Assembly (NCBI GenBank): GCA_918797485.1
Contig: CAKKNE010000003.1
Location: 4,092,001-4,156,000, forward strand
Direction: 5' to 3'
Source: Pelagomonas calceolata
Lineage: Eukaryota
DNA length: 64,000 bases
A model generated the notes under the pieces. It did no database searches. It was not told the DNA's origin and was given only the letters and a program-made list of their open reading frames with translations. Positions 34,347-45,679 of the stretch are shown here, in pieces. Each line of letters opens with the position of its first letter. Position 1 is the first letter of the stretch. Position numbers and translations under genes: made by a program.

Positions 34347-35835
34347 CTAGGGAACCGTCGTCGGGGCTGCGACAGGCATGCACGCCGGTAGTTCCGCGTA
34401 GACGCTCTGGGGACCAGTACCGCCCGATACACCGGAGCCCTCGCACCACTCCCCGCCGCAGGTCCCTTGGAATGAAATGTAAAACGGCCCCTGGTCGGTT
34501 GGTAACGGTCCCGCCGATGGGGGATTCGTGGGATTGCAGCAGTTGCAAGTTGCCGGTGACCCATTCGCCGATGGGCCGGGGAAGCAGGTACCCAAGTAGT
34601 CTCCGGCCGGCAGATTTCCTAGTTGGGACGTCAGAGTAAAGACGCACGACGCGTTCACGATACAGCCGGTATCAGTAGTAATGCTACTGGGGACCAGGTT
34701 CGGAAAGTTGTGGCAGCTCGTGCCTCCGCCCGGCGGCACGTTGCCACACCCTAGCGGATCGTCGACGCAGGTCGCTGGCGGATCCGTAGGTCCCGGCGTA
34801 GGTCCCGGCGTAGGTCCAGGCGTAGGCCCGGCCGTCGGCTCGGCGGTCGGCTCGGCGGTCGGCCGCGACGACGGGGCCGGCGTAGGCCCGGCCGTCGGCT
34901 CGGCGGTCGGCCGCGACGACGGGGCCGGCGTAGGCCCGGCCGTCGGCTCGGCGGTCGGCTCGGCGGTCGGCCGCGACGACGGGGCCGGCGTAGGCCCGGC
35001 CGTCGGCTCGGCGGTCGGCCGCGACGACGGGGCCGGCGTAGGTCCGGCCGTCGGCTCGGCGGTCGGGCGCGGCGAGGGAGCCGGAGTAGGTCCGGGCGTA
35101 GGTCCAGGCGTAGGTCCAGGCGATGGCTCGGCCGTCACCGGCGATGGCGTCGGCGCGGCCGTCGGGTCGGCCGTCGCTCCGACCGGCGCCGCCGTCGGCA
35201 ACAGCGATGGCACGGCCGTCGGGCCCTCCGCATCGCCGACTTGTGCGACGGAACAATCGCCTCCCGTACACTCGGGGGGCGTGGCGAGGCGGCGCCGCGG
35301 TTCGTCGCCGGCGGCTCCGGCCTTCTTGAACTGTCGCTGGGCCCAGCCGTGGAAGGCTCTGGTGACGGGACCGTGAATCTTCTTGAGGAGGCGCCGCGCC
35401 ACCTGCGACGAATCAACCGGTCGTTTAGGTCACGCCATCGAGCAGGAGCATTTCTGCGCGGCGCGCGACCTGGAAAGCCGGGCAATTCGTGGGCCCCGGC
35501 TGGCCCGGGCAGATCTGCGGGCCCGTGATACACTTGTCGCCGGTGCCGAGGCCGATCGCGCTGCAGAGCGGGAGGCCGGACGGGTCCGCGGGACACTTGT
35601 CGGGATCCGGCACGAGCTGCGGGCACGAGCCGAAAGATGGAGCATACGTGTCCGTCGTTGGCGCGTAGGACGGCGCCTCCGTCATGCGCGTCGGGGCGTA
35701 GGTCCTGGTGCGCGTGGGAGCCATCGTGGCCGTTGGCGCCGCCGTCGGCGCGTCCGCGTAGGAGTACGAATAGTCAGCTCGAACGAGCGGCAAGGCCGCC
35801 GCGGCCGCCGCGGCGAGGAGAGCGATTTTGTACAT
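34347..35835 (-). CDS. secreted Cys-rich / PT-repeat (mucin-like) surface protein, 1 intron
   Basis: Signal MYKIALLAAAA; intron 35403-35469; PTAEPTAGPTPAPSSR repeats. Confidence 0.75.
34786..35120. repeat. coding tandem repeat built from 12-bp sub-units (48/60-bp higher-order units)
   Basis: GGCGTAGGCCCGGCCGTCGGCTCGGCGGTCGGCCGCGACGACGGGGCC repeated about 4 times. Confidence 0.9.
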
Positions 35836-36069
35836 CAAGATTTTTGGCTTGAGCAGTGGAGATTATCACAGAGAACGAGGGCGAGAGCGCCAACGCCAGT
35901 AAGCCCGAATCTCTGGGTGTTCCTGAGCGTCCTCCCTTGCGGCCTAGTCCGCCTCGCGCGCCGCAAAAGCAGCAACAAGGCGACGCGATTTTTCGCAGGA
36001 TGAAGGGGCGATTTGGCGTTCGACGCCCGACGCCTTGACGACTAACAAGCGAGGCTTACCCGCCTACCA

Positions 36070-37152
36070 CTACGCGCTCGGCGCCTCGTCGATCTTGAAC
36101 TTCGACTTGGGAGCCCCGCACTCGGGGCATTTATACGAGTCGCCGAAGAACTTCCCTTCCCTGCCGGCGGCGATAAATAAGGTGTAGCCGCACTCCTCGC
36201 ACTCGCACGTGAGCATCATTTCATCTTCTTTCCCCGAGGGCGGCGCGAACTTGTCGGTCATGTCGACCTCGTCGGCGTCGGGCAGCGCTCCCGTCTCCTC
36301 TACTACTTTTGCCTCGAGTTCTTTCTGCCACTCTTCTTTGTCGGCGTCCGGGTCCGGTTCCGCGTTGAGGTCGTCGAGGATGAGTTGCGCTTCTCCCGCA
36401 TCCAAGCCTAATGCTTGCACCGCCTGGGCGTTCGCGGTGTACGGCTTTGACTTGCCTAATGCAGCGATGTACGCTTGCTGCGCGTAGCCGTCCTGCGTCG
36501 CTTGCAGGAACTCCTTCTTGCCGTCGAGGCCCTCCAGGGCGAGGTTGGTGAGTCTCGGTGATGATAACCCGCTTCTCGAAGCGTAGAACAAAGCCTTGCC
36601 CCGCGCATTCGTTTGCGAGACTGCAGATTCAACAGCAGACGCGACCTGGTCCGCCTTGGTCACGCCGAAGACGTCGCACAAATCCCGAAACGCATTCAAC
36701 GAATTGATCGACACTTTTTTCGTGCAAATGGCCTTCAAGCCAGACGCGAAGAGCGCGGGGCCTCTCGGCAAAAACATGAGCTTCTTCCCGTACAGCTTCT
36801 TCGTGGCCTCGAACTGGGCCTTGCTCTGCTTCTTGCCGAGCTTTAGTTTACCACCAAATTCATCGATGAGCTTGGCTTGTTTGTCCTTGATGTTACTTAC
36901 TGTTTTGTAGCCGCGGTACCCTACAAAGGCCGCGCCAGCCAAATAAGGCGCGTTGCCCCAGCTCAGCAAAGCGCGCCCCGAGCTCACTGCGACGGGCGCG
37001 GCGAGCTCCGGCGGCGGCGGCGGCGGCGGCGCGGCGGACATTTGTAGTTGTGTTGGTCGTTGTGCACCGCGCAGCGACGTTGCTCGTCGTGTTGTGGGTG
37101 CGAAGCCGGCCGCGACCGCGACCGCGCTCGCCCACAGTGCTGTCCTCATCAT
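36070..37152 (-). CDS. plastid-targeted protein with C-terminal rubredoxin-like domain
   Basis: Signal peptide plus AAG-FAP heterokont plastid motif; CEECGY...YKCPECGAPKSKF. Confidence 0.75.
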   Translation of the reverse strand: MMRTALWASAVAVAAGFAPTTRRATSLRGAQRPTQLQMSAAPPPPPPPELAAPVAVSSGRALLSWGNAPYLAGAAFVGYRGYKTVSNIKDKQAKLIDEFGGKLKLGKKQSKAQFEATKKLYGKKLMFLPRGPALFASGLKAICTKKVSINSLNAFRDLCDVFGVTKADQVASAVESAVSQTNARGKALFYASRSGLSSPRLTNLALEGLDGKKEFLQATQDGYAQQAYIAALGKSKPYTANAQAVQALGLDAGEAQLILDDLNAEPDPDADKEEWQKELEAKVVEETGALPDADEVDMTDKFAPPSGKEDEMMLTCECEECGYTLFIAAGREGKFFGDSYKCPECGAPKSKFKIDEAPSA

Positions 37153-37687
37153 CCTTGCGGCGGCGCGTCGCTTGCGGCTACTAAGGAGAGGTCCTGTCGC
37201 TGTAGAGATCAGCAGAGCTGCACTATTGCAGCGCTCGTTGCAATTGCTTTGATAGATTCAAGGTGTCCTCGATTTGCACAATCGAGCGAGTGATGCGTGC
37301 TCTCGCGGCTCACGCGATCGCCGCGCTCCGCAATGTGCTCAATATCAAGGTGTGCGAGCGCCGGAGACGCCGGCCGGCGCTACCCGTCAACACCCCGCCG
37401 ATACGGCGTACTTGACGGCTCAAACGTGATCACAAAGCGGGACTGTAGCGTGCGGGGTATCGTGCGACTTGCTGTGAGCGCTCGAGCTTGTAGATCTACG
37501 TACGTGGGCGTAGACGTGCCCGTTGCAGCCAGGATCAGCCGAGCTGTCCGCATAGATCGCGCGCATTGACGTGGCAACTGTAGCTGTACCACAGGTCTGT
37601 GCTACAAAGCAAACACAGAGAGCACATACAGCTCATACAGCCGCATCACACGCGCAAGCATATTTTTGTGGTAGATAGAGCAAACAA

Positions 37688-39087
37688 ATGCAGCTCAGAC
37701 TCATCTGCGCCCTGGCAACGGCCGCGGCCCTCGCGCCGCCGGCGCCGAGACTCGCGAAGCAGCCGAAGCGCCTCAAGACGAGACGGATCCTCGCCGACGA
37801 CGTGATCCTATACGCCGGCGACGACGAGCTCGAGGGCGACGCGAAAGTGGGCAGTGCTGGATTCAGACAGCTCGTAGGTTTTAGAGGCGCCGCGGACACG
37901 GAGGACGAGCCGCTCTGGAAGATCCGCATCCAATTAACCAAACCAGGAACGTGGGTCCCGTTAATTTGGGGAGTAGCTTGTGGGGCAGCAGCCTCGGGCA
38001 ACTATCGCTGGCCCTTCATCTCGGGCACCTTCGCTGAGGGCGCCGAGGACTTCGCCAAGGCCGCGACGTGCATGGTTCTCTCCGGTCCCTTCCTGACGGG
38101 TTTTTGTCAGACGATCAACGACTGGTACGACAAGGACTTGGACGCGATCAACGAGCCCTACCGACCCATACCTTCCGGAAGGATCACCGAAGAAGAAGTG
38201 TTCCAGCAGGTTTATTTCTTATTATTCGGCGGTCTCGCGTTGGCCTTTGGGTGTGATGTGTGGGCGGGACATAATATCATCGCGAACCCCTTGAATAGTG
38301 TCGGTCTGTTGGCGTGTTTCGGTGCTCTCGTGTCCTATTTATACTCAGCACCGCCTTATAAGTTGAAAGCCGAAGGGTGGAGGGGCTCCTTTGCATTAGG
38401 TGCTTCCTACATAGCCCTGCCGTGGTGGTGCGGCCAGGCGATGTTCGGCCACGTGGGCGAAGGGGCCGCTGGAGGGGAATTAACCCCACCAGTGGTCGTG
38501 CTGACGGTGTTGTACTCGCTGGCTGGTCTCGGAATTGCGATTGTGAATGACTTCAAGAGCATCGAAGGCGACCGGGAACTCGGTCTCAAATCTTTGCCGG
38601 TGGCCTTTGGGATTGATGGTGCGAAGTACATCTGTGCGGGGCTGATAGATGTGACGCAGATCGCCGTCGCGGCTTACTTGTTCGCCATCGGTTTACAAAC
38701 ATACGCATTAGTGCTCGGCTTGCTCATAGCCCCGCAGATCTGGGCCCAGACGCAGTACTTACCTGTGTGGAAATCAACCAGTCCGTCGGGTGCACCGACA
38801 ATTCTTCACTAAGTCATTTCTCGGCGATGGCGCGGCCGTCTTGGCTCGGTCGGGCGATGAGGAACCGGCATCACCACGCCATCGACCAGGCGTCGCATCG
38901 ATGGCGTGGAGGTCGACGCGACGATTCAGCACGAATGCGTCGCGAATTTTGATTTCCACACAGGTACTTACTGAAGGACCCCGTGAAATACGACGTCAAG
39001 TACCAGGGCACGGCGCAGCCTTTCTTAGTTTTCGGGATCCTGACTACCGCGTTGGCGGTCAGCCAGCACCCGGCGGCGCTGGCGTAA
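37688..39087 (+). CDS. chlG: chlorophyll synthase, 1 intron
   Basis: NDWYDKDLDAINEPYRPIPSG and NDFKSIEGD. Removing 38755-38963 restores LLKDPVKYDVKYQ..AQPF. Confidence 0.95.
38763..38963 (+). mobile_element. introner in chlG
   Basis: Perfect 15-bp TIRs and perfect 8-bp TSD GTACTTAC (38755-38762 / 38964-38971). Confidence 0.93.
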
Positions 39088-39115
39088 GACTGGTTGGGAT
39101 AGATTAGTTGCCTTA

Positions 39116-39815
39116 CTACGACTGCTCGCGGGGAGTGAGCGCGGGCAGGAACTGCAGAATCCTAGGGTGGCTTTGTTCGGGGTTCGGTAGATTTTCGTGC
39201 AGCAAGCGAACTAATTCGTGTCGTTTGTCGTAGCCAGGGCCTCTCCAACCCTGGCAATTGTACGTGTCGAACCACACCAAGCCTGGCGATCGTCCTACCA
39301 ATTGGGCTATGGCAAACGCAGTCACCTCGTCGTTGACGTGCATGGCTAGGTCGATCAATCCAGAAAGCGCCGCAATCCCATCGTCGGTAATGAAGCGCGA
39401 CTTGAACGAGACCGTGTGTAGTTGAGGGCATTGCTGCCCAATCGGAATGAGCCCCGCGTCGGTGATCGGACAACGAACATCCAACCTTCGCAAGCAGCTG
39501 GCATAGCGGGCGAGGGCCTAGCTCGCGGAGCATTGAAAGACGCGCAATCGCAGAGACGGACGCGTCAGTAATGTCTTCATCACAGTTGAGAGTCAGCGAG
39601 CGCAGCGAGGGGAAGCAACGCACAATAGTAATCACGTGCTCGTCTGTGATACCGAATTTTTCGTTCAATTTAAGCTCAGACAGACCCGCCCGCACCTCGC
39701 GCAGGCACTTTTTGCTCGTTTCCGAGAGGCTCATCGCGTCGCGTGGGACGAGCCAGGGCGACAGGAGCGGCGCGACGAGGTCGCGCTCCAGGACGAGTTC
39801 GCGCGCGGACGACAT
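39116..39815 (-). pseudogene. F-box-like / leucine-rich repeat protein with frameshift near 39518
   Basis: LRR units (ITDEHV, ITDASV, ITDAGL, ITDDGI) are split over two frames with no intron-sized gap. Confidence 0.6.
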
Positions 39816-40030
39816 GGCTGTGAACTACAAATGACCCACTGGCCAAATTGCAATTTCGCTCCAATTTGAGCTTTCTGGTCAAGATGGAACGCAGCGCGGC
39901 TCTTTCGCAGACCACTGGGGGGCGTCGGAACGAGGGATCCACAAATGGCGCGAGTCCGGTGCAAAACCCGATTTGATTCGCAGGAGGGTATATATCACTT
40001 CTAGTATATACATACAACAGATAGGTTAAC

Positions 40031-40852
40031 TCACACCGCCCGCGGGTCCCCCGGCTGCCACCGCCACGCCCCTCCGGTGGTCTGCGTGCCGGCATTTTCG
40101 GGGTTCGCCCAGAGCGTCCGCGGCAAACAAATCTCGTCGACGTCGCGCAGCGGCAACAAATCGCCGACGTCGTCTTCTACTAGTTCTTCTGGATCTATCG
40201 TCCACGCGTCGTCGGCGCCGGGCCCCAGCAACGTTTCGAAGACGCGGGACCACGCGGCGAACGTGTCGTCTCCAAGGACGAACTCGATACTCCGCGGCGC
40301 CTCATTAGCTAAAGCAGCCGACGCGGCGGCCTCCAGACCGAAGGCCGCCGTCACGGCTGGATCCCAGCCCTTCACACCCGCACCGAGCGCGGGACACGCG
40401 ACGCACTCCAAGTCGGCCGCAGCTTTAAATGAGGAGCGGTAGGCCGCGCGCAGCAGGTCCTCGGGCGCGCCCTTTCGGCCTTGGTAGCGGCCGAACGTCA
40501 GCTCAACATCAGGAGCCACGGCGTGAATGATGTTATCCGCCTCCAGCGAACCGGCCGTCGTCTTTACCGCACTCCCCGTCGGGCAGCGCACGACGGCCGA
40601 CTCGTGTACCTTGACGGCCCTGGTCCATCGCACCAAGTCGCGCTTTTCAGTCTCATCTTTGATCGGCAGCGCGAGGCACGCGTCAATCAAATCAGGGCCC
40701 GCCTCCGCGCGCAGCGCGCCGTCCACATTAATTCCTCCCTCGAAGCGCCAGTACTCCGGTTGTAAATTACCGACGAGTGAGTCGTTGGCGCTCGTGATTA
40801 AAGCGCTGGCCCGTTGGTGTTCCAAGCGGCCGCGGCGGAGGGCGACGCGCAT
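40031..40852 (-). CDS. Macro domain (ADP-ribose-binding/hydrolase) protein
   Basis: ITSAN.SL, VDGAL..EAG, IIHAVAP, LRAAYRSS, PALGAGVKG. Confidence 0.85.
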   Translation of the reverse strand: MRVALRRGRLEHQRASALITSANDSLVGNLQPEYWRFEGGINVDGALRAEAGPDLIDACLALPIKDETEKRDLVRWTRAVKVHESAVVRCPTGSAVKTTAGSLEADNIIHAVAPDVELTFGRYQGRKGAPEDLLRAAYRSSFKAAADLECVACPALGAGVKGWDPAVTAAFGLEAAASAALANEAPRSIEFVLGDDTFAAWSRVFETLLGPGADDAWTIDPEELVEDDVGDLLPLRDVDEICLPRTLWANPENAGTQTTGGAWRWQPGDPRAV

Positions 40853-41357
40853 CTGTTTCGATCGCTGCGGCGGCGTGCAGGGCCGGTCTGCAGCTTGCTG
40901 GTGTGGTTACGGCTCAATTTGCCAGCACCGGTAGCATCGATCGCAGAGCGCCATCATTCGGCAATTAGGCACATTTGACACCATTTTGCACGCAGGCGGC
41001 TCGCGCCACGATCGTGTGTTTTTGGGAGAGGCTCTCACAGTGGAGACCGCAGTGACGCCGCCGCCGCGCCAGTGAATTTTACACACTCGGAGACGTGTAG
41101 CTTGCGGTCCAGGGAGGCGGCGAGCGGATGGATCATTCTTCCGGGTTCGCTAGGTTTCGCCTCTAGGCCTCTCCCATCGAGGACAGCCATAGTTTAGCCT
41201 CACTACGCGACCGCCCGCAGCATTAGCTCGTCGAAGACGTGCGCTTGATATCGCTCCTCGCTGTACAAACCGCTTCGCCGCAAAGTTCGACCTCCCGGCA
41301 GCCGCTGAGCCTCATCCCTCTCCTCCGCCGCCGACGTCGACGCTGCCGCCGTGCGCT

Positions 41358-42092
41358 ATGAACAAAGTAATCGACCGCCGCCGGTCCTTGGACGCGCAGC
41401 CCGACGCGCGGCGCACAACATTATTCGATTATGTGACGGATCTAGCGGGCAAGACGCCGACGCCCGGCGGCGGCGGCGCCGCAGCAATCGCGGCCGGGTT
41501 GGGCTGCGCCGCCGGCGCCATGGCCTGCGCCTATAGTCAACGGAAGAAAGATCAAGCCTCGGGCGCAGCAGTAGTGGCCGCCCAGACGGGCGCAACATTA
41601 TCCAATGCGGCTGCCCGAGAGCTAGACGCGGCAGACGCCGACGCCAAAGCCTACCTCGCGCTCCAAGCCACCTGGAAGAAGGACTTCCACGGTAATAAAA
41701 GTGAGGCCCAGGCCAAAGCTTTAGCGGTGCCCCAATCGTTGGTGGAGCGGTGCGCGCGGCACGTCGCGGCTCTTGACGTTTTTTACCCCAAATGCAATCC
41801 CAACATTTTGTCGGATGCGAAGGTCGGGATCCACTTACTCGCCGGTGCGGCGCGGGCGGCCTTCGCTACTGTACTCGTCAACGACCCACCGGCGAACGTC
41901 CGGCGAGACTTGGAAACAAAATTACGAGCCATCGCGGCGGTGGAAGCTAGAATATGGGGCGAGCGGAACTCCGGTGCTTCTGCGGGTGCGCCGGCGCGGG
42001 GCTTTGAGATTATACTCGATGCGCGGGGTGTTTGTGCGGTCGCCGCCGCGGTCGCGGGCGCGTTCCTGCTGGGGAAGCGCATGCGGTCCTGA
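41358..42092 (+). CDS. cyclodeaminase/cyclohydrolase (FTCD C-terminal domain) protein with tail anchor
   Basis: LAGKTPTPGGGGAAA, D.DA.AY, NPNILSD..VG, VLVN; hydrophobic C-terminus followed by KRMRS. Confidence 0.8.
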   Translation: MNKVIDRRRSLDAQPDARRTTLFDYVTDLAGKTPTPGGGGAAAIAAGLGCAAGAMACAYSQRKKDQASGAAVVAAQTGATLSNAAARELDAADADAKAYLALQATWKKDFHGNKSEAQAKALAVPQSLVERCARHVAALDVFYPKCNPNILSDAKVGIHLLAGAARAAFATVLVNDPPANVRRDLETKLRAIAAVEARIWGERNSGASAGAPARGFEIILDARGVCAVAAAVAGAFLLGKRMRS

Positions 42093-42154
42093 GCCGCTTT
42101 TTGACATATAGTAACTCCTCTTTTCCATAGAACCTTACTCGTCGATGGCGCCTC

Positions 42155-42954
42155 TCAGTAGTAGCCGACGTGGGCCCACAGGTCGACGATGTGGGAGACG
42201 ACCTCCGTGGGCACGCGCGGAAATAGGACTCGGGCGAACGTCGACGTGAGGCGCATGCGATGCGCGCGCTCGTAGCGCTTCCAGCCGCCGGCCGCGTGGA
42301 CCTTCGCGAGGTAGGCGTAGGCGTGGCTAGCAATACCGCTGTATCTTTCGAGCCTCGTCATATCGATCCTCGCGCCGAAGCGTAGCAAGACTGGAATAAT
42401 GGATGAACGGGAGTAACCATAAGTTTCCACAGCCCTCACGAGCGGCGTTTGGCGCACAATACCGTAACCGTACCCGGCGTCGACAGCGGCGCCCGCCTCT
42501 AGGAGCGCTGCTGCGCAGGACGCGTTTCGAGCCCGCCCTCTGGATACGGCCGCGTGAAGTGCCGTCCAACCGTCCTGAGTGTCGGCATGAGTTACGTCGG
42601 CGCCCGCCGCTATTAATAATTTGACTATCGCCACGTTCCCAAGGAAAGCCGCGAAGCAAAGAGGCCGCTTCTGCGGCAATCCTTCGATGTGACCTGGAGT
42701 AGCGCCGCCTCGAGAAGAATCTTGACCGCCTGTAGACGAATGTCGTCAGAGCCGCCAAAACCAGGTCCATATGTTGTACCGCTTGAGCAAAGTATAATAA
42801 GCGGCGTATACTGGCTGCCACCGGAATAGCACAAACAGTCCGGCGAGACGCCAGCTTCGAGCTCGCGCCGCAAGGCCTCGAGGTCGCCGGCGATCGCGGC
42901 GCGGTGGATCGGGGGGAGGAGGCCGCCGCCCTCATCCGAGTCTGAATCAGACAT
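42155..42954 (-). pseudogene. ankyrin-repeat protein with 1-bp frameshift near 42705
   Basis: ANK motifs in two frames. GAG GC GGC GCT lacks one base for EAGATP. Confidence 0.65.
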
Positions 42955-43481
42955 GATGGCGTCCGCGCGCCGAGTGTCTGAGCAGGAGAGTGTGAGCCTG
43001 GACTCACTGAGCCAAGTAGACGAGGGCCCAAAGCGATGCCGCAACAATTGTCCAGCGCTCTCGCGTGCGTCAGATCACACAGGTGGCCGCTATTTATGAG
43101 CAGAGCGGAGCTACTGGGGCTAGACTTTGGCCACTGAGCTAGCGTAATCGACATACTAGTAAATTCAAAGATACGCCTCTGTAGCGTCAAAAGAATGACT
43201 CAAATTCAGAACACATCCTAGTCGTTCGCCGCGACCAAAGATTTCAGTCTAGCGGCCCGGGAACATACCCTCGCGCCTCCCGGAAGGCACCGCCCGCGAC
43301 ATTCCCGGATGAGTCTTACGAGTTTCCAAAGTAGACCAGCGATTGATGCCGCCATCTACCGTCCAAATAGTACATTATATCAACTCCAGCCCAGTTTTCA
43401 TACAGAATCGACGGAACCGGAGCCGACGGCCCGCGCTCGGAAGACGGCGCTCCGGGCAAGGCTCTACTTTTTTCCGCGATG

Positions 43482-43503
43482 CTAGTGTCTTACAGGCCGC
43501 TAG
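43482..43503 (+). promoter_or_regulatory. 22-bp intergenic motif CTAGTGTCTTACNGGCCGCTAG (also at 5903, 14496, 17981 rev, 52654 rev)
   Basis: Five near-identical copies, all intergenic. Confidence 0.6.
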
Positions 43504-43713
43504 CCACGAGAGAGGTTTTTTAACAAAGACTCCACGACAACACGCATCGCGAATCTGGCTCGCCTGGCGCCGGGCCCGTGCGCGAAACGCGGACGAGGTC
43601 TTCGCGGAAATCGCCCGCCTTTTGCGGAGGCCTGCTTCAGTTCACCCGACAACTCCATCCGGGCCCTAGCTAATTATTTTTGTGATACTTGACAACTACA
43701 TTTATACACCTCA

Positions 43714-45120
43714 TCACCGCCGCGCCGACGAGTAGCCCGCCTTGCGCCGCTGCCGCCGCGCGTCCCGGAGAACGGCGTCGAAGACCATGGTCTTCTGGGA
43801 CCGCCGCTCCGCCATTTGCGGCTTCGGTTTAAAAAATTTGGCCATCTCGCGCGCCGCCGCCTTTCGGACGCGCGGCGGCTCGTGGCGCATCGCCCTCTCG
43901 CTTTCGAGGCTCGGCTCGGCGAGGCCGCCGGGCTCCCCGAACCGGATGCCCGTCCGCTCGATGAGGTCCCGGGACCGACGGTCGATGCGTTCCTCGTCTT
44001 CGTCGCGGCCCTCCCAGAAGTAGGAGCCGCGGCGGCGTGAAGGCGCGGACCTTGGACGCGGCGGCGGCGCGTCTTCGCTGACGCGGCGGCGAGACGGCAC
44101 TGGGACCGCGGCCGCGGGCGCCGGGGCGGCGGCCGGGGCTGGGGCCGGGCCGGGACCCGGGGCAGCCGCTGGGGCGGGCGCCGGCGCCGGCGACGGAGCG
44201 GGCGCCGGCGACGGGGCCGGTGCGCAGGCGGCCGCGGGCGCGCAGGCGGCGTCCGGCGTGGCGGTAACCACCGAGGCGGCCGACGACGCCGTAGACGCGG
44301 ACGGCGAGGCCACCGCCGTCACCTTTTTCCGCTTCCAGATTTTTGAACCGCCGCGGTTGCGCCAGATGTACTCGTAGTCGGACCGTTCCGCCGCCGCCGT
44401 TTCTAAGCGCAGCGGCGTCGAAATGCCCCGATCGGCGCCGAAAGGCATCGGGTACGCTTCGTCGCCGAAGATGCCGCTGCCCGGTCTCCCAAAGAACCGG
44501 CAGTCCTCGTGGACCCAGCGGCGCCACTCCCGCCGGAACTCCCGTTCCTGATGCTTCGATAGGGACACCGCGAGCGCCTCGTGCATCAATCTCGGCGGCT
44601 TTCGCACCCGCTGCGACTTCGAATTTATCTGATCGCGTTTGTGCTTCGCCGCCTTGGCGTCGAGCATCCCTTGCAACGCTTTACCGGCGAAGGGCGTCGT
44701 AAACGGCGGCAGCGGGAGGTTCCGCCCGCCCTTCTGGCGCCAGCGCGCCGGCCACTTCGCCACGCTGTCGGCGGGCGTCGCCGTCGACGCCACGCTCGCC
44801 TGGTGGACGACGCGGGGTCTCTGAAGGGCGCCGCCGTCGTATTGGGCATACAGCGCGCCCGTCTTGTGGTAGACCGGTGCGTCGCGCACGCGTCGACCAT
44901 CCGTTCGCCGGGCCGCGGGCGCCGACGCCGGCCGCAGCGGCACGCCGTAGTTCACGAGCCAATCGGGTAATGAAACACGGTCGTCCGGCGCCGGGGCGCG
45001 CGCGGCGCGCCTCTCGCCCTTGGCGATGCCTGCGGCCACGTGCTGCTCGTAATAATCTTTCCCGGAGCCCTTCCGGCCGATGGCCTTCATCTGGCGCGCG
45101 AGCGCGGCGAGGTCCACCAT
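43714..45120 (-). CDS. hypothetical basic / Pro-Ala-rich protein
   Basis: Long ORF from MVDLAA with host-like codon use; no recognised domain. Confidence 0.55.
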   Translation of the reverse strand: MVDLAALARQMKAIGRKGSGKDYYEQHVAAGIAKGERRAARAPAPDDRVSLPDWLVNYGVPLRPASAPAARRTDGRRVRDAPVYHKTGALYAQYDGGALQRPRVVHQASVASTATPADSVAKWPARWRQKGGRNLPLPPFTTPFAGKALQGMLDAKAAKHKRDQINSKSQRVRKPPRLMHEALAVSLSKHQEREFRREWRRWVHEDCRFFGRPGSGIFGDEAYPMPFGADRGISTPLRLETAAAERSDYEYIWRNRGGSKIWKRKKVTAVASPSASTASSAASVVTATPDAACAPAAACAPAPSPAPAPSPAPAPAPAAAPGPGPAPAPAAAPAPAAAVPVPSRRRVSEDAPPPRPRSAPSRRRGSYFWEGRDEDEERIDRRSRDLIERTGIRFGEPGGLAEPSLESERAMRHEPPRVRKAAAREMAKFFKPKPQMAERRSQKTMVFDAVLRDARRQRRKAGYSSARR

Positions 45121-45679
45121 TGTGGCTGCCCTTGGCTGCCCTGGGCGCTGGCTGCCCTCGCGGCGGTGGCGTGGCGGGCGCGCCTCTCTGTGAGAGCGCG
45201 TTGCTGGGGCGCCTGGGCACCGCGGCGGTCGAGCTAGCACAGGGAGCAGCGCTCTCCCAGCCCCAGGGTGTGGCTGCTCTCAGGCGCTGCGCGGAGCAAA
45301 AATCGTCGGCAGGCGTGCAAAGGGTCTGACGGCGTCCCTCGAGGGGTGGAGCGAGGCCGTTGGCTTGGTTTTGCGCGCCTCCGTAAAAACGGGTTTTGCC
45401 CCAACTCTCGATCGCAACGGGCTCGATTTTTGCGGTAACCGCGCGCAATTTGGAGGTTCTGACAGCACTGCTGCAGTCCTCACAGCCCCAGCGATCGGCG
45501 CTGCAGAAGAAGCGGCGCGCAAAGTAGCTCCGCGGGTGTCGCGCACGTTAAGTGCGCTTACAGCCGGTTCGGCCCCGCGCGCCGCGCCCCGAGCCGTGAA
45601 ACCACCTGCGCGCTGCCCGAGACGCCGCGCCGCGCCGCGCCCACCGCATCCGGCGCCGCCGCCGCGCTGCAACACGACG

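Noticed and set aside
34786..35120. CRISPR-like periodic array
   Set aside because: No unique spacers; it is a coding Pro/Thr repeat in a eukaryotic gene.
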